Of a stretch of DNA of 64,000 nt, positions 1-8,075 are shown piece after piece. Within the stretch, counting starts at the first letter, position 1, and each line of letters begins with the position of its first letter. The stretch comes from a bacterium (GTDB lineage: Bacteria > Bacillota_I > Bacilli_A > RFN20 > CAG-826). The stretch is taken from the NCBI GenBank assembly GCA_963605025.1, contig CAVCSZ010000003.1:9201-73200 (forward strand), in the 5' to 3' direction. A program made the translations under genes and the position numbers. The notes under the pieces were generated by a model that saw only the letters and a program-made list of their open reading frames with translations, was not told where the DNA came from and searched no databases.

Positions 1-464
1 AAAATTTCGATCACCCAAAAGCATTTGATTGGAAATTAATGTATTCACAATTAAATGAATTAAAAAATGATAAACCAATTCAAAAACCTATTTATGATTA
101 CGTAATTCATAATAGATCCAAAGAAACAAAGCTTGTAGAACCTAAAAAAATTATAATTGTAGAAGGTATTATGGGACTTGTTAATAAAAATATAAGAGAA
201 CTCGGAGACTTAAAAATTTTTATTAACGCTTCAAGAGAAAGAAGACTTGTAAGAAGACTTGATAGAGATGAAAAAGAAAGAGGTCGTGATAGAGAATCAA
301 TTTTAAATCAATATTTCTCTACTGTTCAACCAATGTATGAAGAAATAATAGGACCTAGTCAATATTACGCTGATTTAATCATCAATAATGATGGTTATGA
401 TAATAGATCAATTGAAGTTTTAGGAGCTGTTTTAAAAGCTTTTCTAAACGATGAAATTCATTAA
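1..464 (+). CDS. udk: Uridine kinase, C-terminal part; the 5' end lies outside the window
   Basis: Translation matches the Udk C-terminal region (IVEGIMGL, ERRLVRRLDRDEKERGR). The reading frame is open back to the window start. Confidence 0.75.
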   Translation, partial: NFDHPKAFDWKLMYSQLNELKNDKPIQKPIYDYVIHNRSKETKLVEPKKIIIVEGIMGLVNKNIRELGDLKIFINASRERRLVRRLDRDEKERGRDRESILNQYFSTVQPMYEEIIGPSQYYADLIINNDGYDNRSIEVLGAVLKAFLNDEIH

Positions 465-1087
465 TGAGTATGGAAAATATTTTTGATTTAAAAATTTCTG
501 ATTTTTTTAAAAATATTCTAGAAAATTTTGGAGGGCCTCAATCTCGATATTGTTCTATTTGGACTAATGTTTCATGTTTATTTTTATTATTCATAATATT
601 AGGTATTTTCTTTATTATGAAAAAAGAATATCGAACATTAGGAATAATTTTAATTGTTTCAGGATTATTAACCTTTTTAATAAATGAAACTGGAATAAAA
701 CAAATTTTTAAAAGAGTTAGACCATGGATTTATTTTTATAGTGATGAAGCAAATTTAAATTCTAACCCTTTAAATATGTATTGTCCTGGATTTTTAGTTA
801 CTAGTTATTCTTTTCCTTCAGGACACTCTTCATTAGCATCAACTGGTGCTAATACATTGTTATTTTATTATTTATTCATTGATAAAAAACAAGATAAGAC
901 ACTAAAACGATATACTATCTTAGGCTTTATAGTACTAGGATTAGTATTCTTATCTCGTTTAGCACTTTTACATCACTACTTTACAGATTGTCTAGCAGGT
1001 ATTTTTGAAGGTCTTCTAATTGCACTACTTGTAGTGTTTATTACTCACATTATTCTAAAGAAGAGAGAATCGAAAAAACTTGGTTAG
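464..1087 (+). CDS. PAP2-family membrane phosphatase (phosphatidic acid or undecaprenyl-diphosphate phosphatase-like)
   Basis: Carries the three PAP2 motifs: KRVRP, PSGHSS and SR..HH..D (SRLALLHHYFTD). Several hydrophobic helices. The ATGA start overlaps the udk stop. Confidence 0.7.
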   Translation: MSMENIFDLKISDFFKNILENFGGPQSRYCSIWTNVSCLFLLFIILGIFFIMKKEYRTLGIILIVSGLLTFLINETGIKQIFKRVRPWIYFYSDEANLNSNPLNMYCPGFLVTSYSFPSGHSSLASTGANTLLFYYLFIDKKQDKTLKRYTILGFIVLGLVFLSRLALLHHYFTDCLAGIFEGLLIALLVVFITHIILKKRESKKLG

Positions 1088-1847
1088 AAAAATCATCATA
1101 TAAGTGTGAAGAGCTCCTTTTAACAATTTCTAAAGATGAAGTTGGACAAAAGGAGTTTTTTGTTAACTTTAACATTGATATATCATTTCCTCCATCTCCG
1201 AAGACAAATAATTCTCTATCATTTAAATTGAAGGTATTTAGAATAAATTTAATCCCCTCACCTTTATTTCCGTTTCTTGGAGAAAAATCTATCCAATTGT
1301 TATTTGAATCAAATATTTCTATATCTTTATAATTTTTATTAAATTCATCATATAAAGAATAATATTTTTCATCAACTTCTTTTTTAAACATAGATATTTT
1401 AATAATATCTTCATTAATTAGATTTAAAAACTCATCAATATTAAAGTTCGACTTTAATTTTGTATTCGTTAAAATATAGTCAGAATAGACATCACCTTCT
1501 AAACTATAATAATAACTCTTTAAAGGTGTTGATATTAATATAAAGTCATAATATTTTAAACTATCAAGATATCTAATAAGTTCACGCGCAAACTTATTCT
1601 CAAATTTATTTACATAAAGAATTTTATCTTTATAAACAACAATATTTCCATTTTCTGCACAATAAAAAATATCATCATTATTTACAAATAATCTTCTTAA
1701 ATCACGATAATTTCTCCCACTAGCTATTATAAGAGTGTTATTTAATTCAAGAATCTTATCAAAAGCTTTTTTAACGTTTAAAGATAATTCTTTTTCACCT
1801 TTTTTAAGACATGTTCCATCAATATCACTAACAAAAATTTTATTCAT
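1050..1847 (-). CDS. Cof-type HAD-IIB family hydrolase (sugar-phosphate phosphatase-like)
   Basis: N-terminal DIDGT motif, ASGR, and C-terminal GDGGND, all typical of Cof/YidA HAD-IIB enzymes. Confidence 0.75.
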   Translation of the reverse strand: MNKIFVSDIDGTCLKKGEKELSLNVKKAFDKILELNNTLIIASGRNYRDLRRLFVNNDDIFYCAENGNIVVYKDKILYVNKFENKFARELIRYLDSLKYYDFILISTPLKSYYYSLEGDVYSDYILTNTKLKSNFNIDEFLNLINEDIIKISMFKKEVDEKYYSLYDEFNKNYKDIEIFDSNNNWIDFSPRNGNKGEGIKFILNTFNLNDRELFVFGDGGNDISMLKLTKNSFCPTSSLEIVKRSSSHLYDDFSNQVFSILSSLE

Positions 1848-1975
1848 GGATATATCATATCTTAAAATAAATTAAAAATAAATTTAAATCACCTCCTATA
1901 TAACAAGAAGGTGTTAAAATAAATTATTTACATTTTTTTATAAAATTTTTAAAAATATTTTTATATAATGTGTTT

Positions 1976-3181
1976 ATGAAAAATTTAAAAGGTAATATTC
2001 TTTATGGACAAAGTGGCGGTCCAACTTCTATTATTAATTCAAGTGCATATGGATTAATTAAAGCTGCAATTAATAATCCAAATATTAATGAAATTTATTG
2101 TATGCATAATGGACTAGAAGGATTATTAAAAGAAGAGTTAATTAAAATTAATAAATCTAAAGATTATTCTTCTTTAATTTTTACTCCTGGAGCATATTTT
2201 GGAAGTAATCGTCATAAAATTAAAGATTATACTGAAGATGAAAGTGAATATCTTAAAATATTAGAAATCATTAAAAAATATAATATTAGATATCTTTTTT
2301 ATAATGGTGGAAATGATTCAATGCACACTTTAAATAAAATAGGTGAATATATAAATTTAAAGGGTTATGAACTAAAAGTATTTGGTATTCCTAAAACTAT
2401 AGATAATGATTTATATAATAATTATTTTTCATTAGGTTTTATTACTGCTTCAAATTTTATTAAAAATTCTATTTTAGAAATAGCATTAGATGATAAAAGT
2501 TATAATAAAGGAAGAGTTAATATAATTGAAACAATGGGAAGAAATGCAGGATGGCTTGCAGCATCTTCTTTACTTATTGAAGATTATGGAATAGATATTG
2601 ATATATTAGAAATACCTGAAATATCTTTTGATATAGAAGAATTTTTAGATAAAGTTAAAAATATATATGAAAAAAAAGGACATTGTTTAGTAGTTATTTC
2701 AGAAGGTATTAAAAATAAAGATAATAAATTAGTATATAAAACAAATTTAAAAAAAGATGAATTTAATCATCATTCTTTAGGAGGAATATCTCATTATTTA
2801 GCGTCTTTAGTAGAATCTATTTTAGGTTATAAAGTAAGATCTTTTGAATTATCATTACTTCAAAGAGCCTCTTCATTAACTTTAAGTGAATTAGAAGTTA
2901 ATTTAGCAATATCTTTAAGTGAATATATCTTAAATCAAGCTTGTAATACTGATTCTAATTTTAAAGTAGGTTCTATAAATTATTCTAAAGATAAAGATTT
3001 TTATTTTGTTTTAGAAGATTTAGAAAATGTTGCTAATTTTGAAAGAAAAATTGATCAAAATTTCTTTAATCCTGATTCTTCAATTAATAAAGAAAAAGTT
3101 AAAGAATATTTTAATCCATTAAAATCTAATATATTAAATCCTTTTAATAATGAAGGAATGATAAATATTTTAAAAAAGTAA
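1976..3181 (+). CDS. pfk: 6-phosphofructokinase, PfkA family, probably pyrophosphate-dependent
   Basis: GGPTSIIN, GGNDS, PKTIDNDL and MGRNAGWLA motifs. The track start at 1970 is GTG. An ATG at 1976 gives MKNLKGNILYGQSGG. A TATAAT sits about 7 nt upstream with no SD sequence, so the mRNA may be leaderless. Confidence 0.75.
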   Translation: MKNLKGNILYGQSGGPTSIINSSAYGLIKAAINNPNINEIYCMHNGLEGLLKEELIKINKSKDYSSLIFTPGAYFGSNRHKIKDYTEDESEYLKILEIIKKYNIRYLFYNGGNDSMHTLNKIGEYINLKGYELKVFGIPKTIDNDLYNNYFSLGFITASNFIKNSILEIALDDKSYNKGRVNIIETMGRNAGWLAASSLLIEDYGIDIDILEIPEISFDIEEFLDKVKNIYEKKGHCLVVISEGIKNKDNKLVYKTNLKKDEFNHHSLGGISHYLASLVESILGYKVRSFELSLLQRASSLTLSELEVNLAISLSEYILNQACNTDSNFKVGSINYSKDKDFYFVLEDLENVANFERKIDQNFFNPDSSINKEKVKEYFNPLKSNILNPFNNEGMINILKK

Positions 3182-4444
3182 ATTTACTAAACTAGGATAA
3201 TCTACAAAAGGATTTCTATTACCTTGAAGATTATATACTAAATTATTTCTAGTTTTTTCAAATTCATCTACTGGATCTAATTCATTCCATTTTTTTAATA
3301 TACTTAAAACTCCAAATTCACTAGGTTTATCTTTAGTATCAATAGGTGATAAAGTAGATTTTTCTTTAGCAAGAGGATTTTCTACTATACTTAATGCAGG
3401 AGATTCTTTTCCATTTGAATCACTTTCAATATATTTATAATATCTACTAGCCATATAGAATATGCTTCTAGCAATATCTCCTTTTTCATTATCACAAGGT
3501 TCAAAATATCCTATTTTATTACCATTACTATCCGTAGAATCATAATAATAAGTTTTAGTAACTCCATCATTACTTATACAAGTACTATAATTAGAATTAG
3601 AATTTTTAACATCATTATAAAATCTATCATTATGACCTGTTTGATTGCCTCTATAATCACTACTTCTTAAATTATGTAAATCAGTACCTGCTAATAAATT
3701 TTTATATTCTTCATTCTCATAATTAAATCCATATGATTTAGGTAAAATATGTTCTCTATCTAATTTTTTATTAGTATTACCATCTTTAGGAAATAAATAA
3801 TCTTCTTCTTGATATAAAATATCCATATAAACATTTCTATTCCATACTCCTAAATTAACTTCTTCTATAGTTAAAGGGGAACTAACAAAATTTCTATCTA
3901 CTAAGCAATAATTAGCCCAGTTTTTATTAATATTAAACTCAGAATTATTACCTTCATATTTTACTTTTCTTTGATTAGATTTTAGTAAATTAAATAATTC
4001 ATCTTTAATAGAATCTATATTTTTAGAAAAATCTACACTAATATAATAATTCTTAATTTCTTCTTTATTATATTGATAAAATACACTATTATTAGTTAAA
4101 TTATATTTAGAATTATCAATTAAACTTGCAACATTAGGATTATTATAATCAAAATTAGAATAATCTATATTACTATCTGTGTTATCTTTGTCAGTATTGT
4201 CTTTATCAGTATTATCTTTATCAGTATTATCTTTATCAGTATTATCTTTATCAGTTATATAATAATTATTATAAAAATAATAACCTCCTACAACGCATCC
4301 TACTAATAAAAAAACTATAATTGAAATAATAATAGAAGATTTAGTTCTTTTATTTTTTTTAATATTTTTTGGTTTACTAGTTTTAGTTTTTTTAGTAGTT
4401 TTTTTATTACTACTAGTTTTATTTTGTGATTTATTATTTTCCAT
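3170..4444 (-). CDS. Membrane-anchored extracellular nuclease of the endonuclease I family with a tandem DKDNT repeat
   Basis: Lysine-rich N-terminus followed by one transmembrane helix, then six DKDNT repeats. The C-terminal domain has EHILP, TDLHNL..RGN and FEPCDNEKGDIARSIFYM motifs typical of the EndA/Vvn family (PF04231). The track start at 4483 is TTG; the first ATG is at 4444. Confidence 0.6.
   Translation of the reverse strand: MENNKSQNKTSSNKKTTKKTKTSKPKNIKKNKRTKSSIIISIIVFLLVGCVVGGYYFYNNYYITDKDNTDKDNTDKDNTDKDNTDKDNTDSNIDYSNFDYNNPNVASLIDNSKYNLTNNSVFYQYNKEEIKNYYISVDFSKNIDSIKDELFNLLKSNQRKVKYEGNNSEFNINKNWANYCLVDRNFVSSPLTIEEVNLGVWNRNVYMDILYQEEDYLFPKDGNTNKKLDREHILPKSYGFNYENEEYKNLLAGTDLHNLRSSDYRGNQTGHNDRFYNDVKNSNSNYSTCISNDGVTKTYYYDSTDSNGNKIGYFEPCDNEKGDIARSIFYMASRYYKYIESDSNGKESPALSIVENPLAKEKSTLSPIDTKDKPSEFGVLSILKKWNELDPVDEFEKTRNNLVYNLQGNRNPFVDYPSLVNLLF
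4183..4272. repeat. Tandem 15-bp repeat (tctttatcagtatta-like, about six copies) inside the nuclease gene
   Basis: Directly visible as repeated gtattatctttatca units. It encodes the DKDNT pentapeptide repeats. Confidence 0.8.
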
Positions 4445-4518
4445 AAATAATAATATAAAGAATTTAATTAAAAAAATAAACAATTTTAATTTACGAATTT
4501 AAATTTTTAATATAAATA

Positions 4519-4552
4519 AAAGAAAAAGAGATTAACAAATCGTTAATCTCTT
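4519..4552 (-). terminator. Rho-independent terminator downstream of tRNA-Ser(GCU)
   Basis: Stem gagattaac / gttaatctc with a 5-nt loop, followed by a T-run on the minus strand. Confidence 0.5.
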
Positions 4553-4566
4553 TTAGTATTAATTTA

Positions 4567-4656
4567 TGGCGGAGTAAGAGAGGATCGAACTCTCGCCCCG
4601 GTTACCCGAGCTACTTCCTTAGCAGGGAAGCCCCTTCACCACTTGGGTATTACTCC
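4567..4656 (-). tRNA. tRNA-Ser (anticodon GCU)
   Basis: Reverse complement folds as a cloverleaf: acceptor ggagtaa/ttactcc, anticodon loop cuGCUaa, long variable arm, T-loop ttcgatc, 3' CCA. Confidence 0.9.
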
Positions 4657-4711
4657 ACTACCTTATAATTAATGCTTAAATAATATATCATAAAAAATAA
4701 ATTAAATCTAT

Positions 4712-4751
4712 AACTTTTTTTAAAAATAATAGGAAGAATAATCTTCCTATT
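4712..4751 (-). terminator. Rho-independent terminator of proS
   Basis: Stem aataggaaga / tcttcctatt with loop ataa, followed by a T-rich run on the minus strand. Confidence 0.55.
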
Positions 4752-4761
4752 ATTTTAATTA

Positions 4762-6192
4762 TTAATAAGCTCTTCCAAAATAAATTACATATTTTGCTTT
4801 TTTACCACAAATTGGACAAGTTTCATCAAATCTAATTTGATCAAATGGCATACATCTTGATGTAGCTTGATATCTTTCTTTAATTGCAATTTCACAAGCT
4901 TCATCTCCACACCACATCATCTTAACAAATCCACCTTTATCTAAAGCTTCTTTTAATTCTTTTTCTGTATGAACTTCTCTTATATTTGCAAGTAAATTCT
5001 TTAAAGCAGCATTATACATTTCTTCATGTACTAATTTTAATAATCTATTAACTTCATTTAATATATCATTAATATTAACTACTTCTTTACTTCCATCATT
5101 TCTCTTACAAATTGTAACTACACCTTTTTCTAAATCTCTTGGACCAAGTTCAATTCTTAAAGGTACACCTTTCATTTCATATTCAGAGAATTTCCATCCT
5201 GGAGTTTTATCACTCTTATCAAATTTAACTCTAATTCCAGCATTATTTAATGTTTCATATATTTCTTCACATTTTTTATTAACGCCTTCTTTTTGCATTT
5301 GAATAGGAATAATAACTACTTGAATTGGTGCTACAAATGGAGGTAAAACAAGTCCATTATCATCTCCATGAACCATAATTAAAGATCCAATTAATCTAGT
5401 AGATGCTCCCCAACTTGTTTGATAAGGATTTTTTAATTTTCCATCTTTATCTAAAAATTGAACACCAAATGCTTTTGAAAAACCATCTCCAAAAAAATGA
5501 CTTGTTCCACTTTGTAAACATTTTCCATCATGCATTAAAGCTTCAATTGTATAAGTTTCTACAGCACCTGAAAATTTTTCTTTTTCAGTTTTCTTACCTT
5601 TTATAAAAGGGATAGCTAATAAATCTCTACCTGTTTTATCATAAATTTCTAACATTTTTAATGTTTCTTCTCTAGCTTCTTCTTCACTAGCGTGCATTGT
5701 ATGACCTTCTTGCCATAAAAATTCACTTCCTCTTAAAAATGGTCTTGTAGTTTTTTCCCATCTAACAACACTACACCATTGATTATACATCTTTGGTAAA
5801 TCACGATATGATGAAATAATATGAGCAAAATGATCTGTAAAAATACATTCACTTGTAGGTCTAATAATTAATGGATCTTGTAAAGATTGTCCTCCTCCTT
5901 GAGTAGCTACTAAACATTCAGGAGCAAAACCTTCAACATGATCTTTTTCTTTTTGAAATAATGAAGTAGGAATAACCATAGGCATATAAACATTTTCAGT
6001 ACCTACTTTTTTAAATTCATTATCCATATATTTTTGAATTTGTTCCCATATAGCGTATCCATAAGGTCTATAAATAATAAAACCTTTAGCTTCACTATAA
6101 TCCATTAATTCAGCTTTTTTACATACATCAGTGTACCATCTTGCAAAATCTTCATCTCTTGATGTAATTGCTTTATTTTTAATATCTCCCAT
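4762..6192 (-). CDS. proS: Proline--tRNA ligase (archaeal/eukaryote-like short form with C-terminal zinc ribbon)
   Basis: 476 aa with class II aminoacyl-tRNA synthetase motifs and a C-terminal CPICGKKA zinc ribbon. No INS editing domain. Confidence 0.9.
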   Translation of the reverse strand: MGDIKNKAITSRDEDFARWYTDVCKKAELMDYSEAKGFIIYRPYGYAIWEQIQKYMDNEFKKVGTENVYMPMVIPTSLFQKEKDHVEGFAPECLVATQGGGQSLQDPLIIRPTSECIFTDHFAHIISSYRDLPKMYNQWCSVVRWEKTTRPFLRGSEFLWQEGHTMHASEEEAREETLKMLEIYDKTGRDLLAIPFIKGKKTEKEKFSGAVETYTIEALMHDGKCLQSGTSHFFGDGFSKAFGVQFLDKDGKLKNPYQTSWGASTRLIGSLIMVHGDDNGLVLPPFVAPIQVVIIPIQMQKEGVNKKCEEIYETLNNAGIRVKFDKSDKTPGWKFSEYEMKGVPLRIELGPRDLEKGVVTICKRNDGSKEVVNINDILNEVNRLLKLVHEEMYNAALKNLLANIREVHTEKELKEALDKGGFVKMMWCGDEACEIAIKERYQATSRCMPFDQIRFDETCPICGKKAKYVIYFGRAY

Positions 6193-6200
6193 AACTTCTC

Positions 6201-7952
6201 CTAATTTTTACTAATATTTGATAATTTTTTAATTATTTTTCTTTCTATTGGATTAATTGAATTTGATTTTTGAGAAATAATTTCACTTCCAAAATAATTA
6301 ATACCAGATTTATTAAATAATTCAATTTCAATAAATGAATTACTTCCTAAAATAATTAAAGGTTTATTAAATCCTACTATTCTATCTAATAAAGAGTGTA
6401 TTTGCATAAATTCTTTAGAATCATTTTTAACATCTTTATTTAAATTAGTTTTAACAAAGAAACAATTTAATTTAGAACAAATATTTTTATTAATATAAAT
6501 ATCGTTATTCTCAATTAAACCTCCAATTTCTGCTCCAACATTAGTTAATTTTTCAATTAATTGTAAAGATTCTTCTTCATTATTTAATAATTCTCTTAAA
6601 TCTACAATAAACATTAAATGTGTATCATTAATATTTTCTATTTTAGTTAAAGAATTTAATAAATTCATTAAATTATTCTTTTTAATTTTAATTGCTAATT
6701 TAGAGAAATAACTTTCTCTTTGAGATAAATAAATAGGTAATATCTCCCTAATTCCTAATGTATAAATATCTTTATCTTTTTTAAATAATTCAGAATTTTC
6801 TACTAAATCTTCAAAATCATCATATTTATCATCATTAAATTTAAAATCTACTAAATAACCAAAATTAGATATAGGTCTTAAATTAGAATTAGTTATTTTA
6901 ACAATATTAGTAAATTCATATTTAATTGATTTATCTCTAATAATATTAATTAAATCATCTTTTTGATTTTCAATAATTTGATTCTCATTAGATTTAAATA
7001 TAGCAGCATTAGTTTCTTCATTAGTTAAACGTGTATAAATATCTTCTAATTGATTATACATAACATCATATTCATGATTAAGTTCACTTACTAAACCTGC
7101 TACTATATAAAAATTAAAATTAGAGATATAATTTCTCATTTCAAATGTTTTTAACAATCCTTTATTAATTTTATTAATCATTTTCTTTAAAGAATATCTT
7201 GTAATAGCTTTAGATTCAAATAAATCAATTTCAAAATTATTATGATCTTTAAAATAAAAATAAACAGAATTAGAAGGTAAAATTTCATATAAACTATCTA
7301 ATAAAATATATTTAATTTTATTTTCATTATAACTAATATAATTACTATCTTTTTTTTCAATTTTAATAATAATTGAACATCCTCTTAAGAATTTACCATT
7401 CTCATACATATTAGAAATATCTTTAAAATCATATAAAATAGGATTAAAAGTATTCTTATTCCTATTATAAACAGAAGGTAAATTTAATAAGAATTTACTA
7501 TCAAAATAAATAATTTTATCTTTTTTAATAACATTATAAGCATCTAATAAATTCTTATGATAAATCTTTTTATTTTCTAAAATCATTTTAGTATTAAAAA
7601 TATTACAATTAAATTCACTATTCTCTTTAAAATCATTACTTATTAATTCTTCACACCATAAAAGAAAATTATTTCTATCTTCTTCTGATATTAATTCTAA
7701 AAATTTATCTAAAGATAATTCTTTAGATATTTTATTGTTATTAGGATTAAAAATAGTTACTTCCTTATTTAATAAATCAACTTTTAAAAAATTATGATTT
7801 ATAGAATGTTTTTTATAAGAAACTTTAATTTCAGTATCTTTTCTCTTTAAAATAAAAATAACTATTAAAAAAGAAATAAGTAATATAGCAATAAATATAC
7901 TATAAACCCATGTAATAATAGGCCAGTTAAAAAAATTGTCTAAAATAAACAT
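6201..7952 (-). CDS. Membrane-anchored protein with a C-terminal degenerate EAL-like domain (catalytic residues not conserved)
   Basis: N-terminal transmembrane helix. The last ~200 aa fit the EAL fold pattern (LQLIEKLTNVGAEIGGLIENND in place of LGv.iAlDDFGTG; MQIHSLLDRIVGFNKPLIILGSNSFIEIELFNKSGINYFGSEI in place of the AEGVE..GcdyaQG segment), but the EAL, DDFGTG and EGVE motifs are lost. It is 8 nt upstream of proS in the same operon. Confidence 0.45.
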   Translation of the reverse strand: MFILDNFFNWPIITWVYSIFIAILLISFLIVIFILKRKDTEIKVSYKKHSINHNFLKVDLLNKEVTIFNPNNNKISKELSLDKFLELISEEDRNNFLLWCEELISNDFKENSEFNCNIFNTKMILENKKIYHKNLLDAYNVIKKDKIIYFDSKFLLNLPSVYNRNKNTFNPILYDFKDISNMYENGKFLRGCSIIIKIEKKDSNYISYNENKIKYILLDSLYEILPSNSVYFYFKDHNNFEIDLFESKAITRYSLKKMINKINKGLLKTFEMRNYISNFNFYIVAGLVSELNHEYDVMYNQLEDIYTRLTNEETNAAIFKSNENQIIENQKDDLINIIRDKSIKYEFTNIVKITNSNLRPISNFGYLVDFKFNDDKYDDFEDLVENSELFKKDKDIYTLGIREILPIYLSQRESYFSKLAIKIKKNNLMNLLNSLTKIENINDTHLMFIVDLRELLNNEEESLQLIEKLTNVGAEIGGLIENNDIYINKNICSKLNCFFVKTNLNKDVKNDSKEFMQIHSLLDRIVGFNKPLIILGSNSFIEIELFNKSGINYFGSEIISQKSNSINPIERKIIKKLSNISKN

Positions 7953-8075
7953 AACTTTATTATACTCTATTCTTAATTTAAAATTAATCTTTTTATTATA
8001 ATTTTATAAACAATTTGATATAATAAATTTGTTATTTATACACTGTATTTTTTAAATATAATTTAAGGAGAAAAT

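Noticed and set aside
1848-1969. Hairpin cacct...aggtg upstream of pfk as a regulatory element
   Set aside because: Only a 5-bp stem with a 14-nt loop in very AT-rich DNA. This is below what can be distinguished from chance.
3170-3181. 12-nt overlap of the convergent pfk and nuclease coding regions as a sign of a frameshift or pseudogene
   Set aside because: Both proteins are full-length with intact C-terminal motifs. Short convergent overlaps are common in compact AT-rich genomes.
5403-5606. Small ORFs from the track on the opposite strand of well-supported genes (5403-5606, 8908-9093, 14581-14820, 15337-15528, 15781-16020, 16720-16986, 19369-19578, 25839-26060, 34618-34824, 37924-38121, 40597-40857, 42264-42611, 43355-43561, 44603-44812, 50036-50227, 50215-50400, 50514-50714, 50880-51071, 54181-54372)
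   Set aside because: All lie antisense to, or inside, long ORFs with clear homology. They have low-complexity compositions, no RBS and no recognisable motifs. These are spurious open frames of the kind expected opposite coding sequence.
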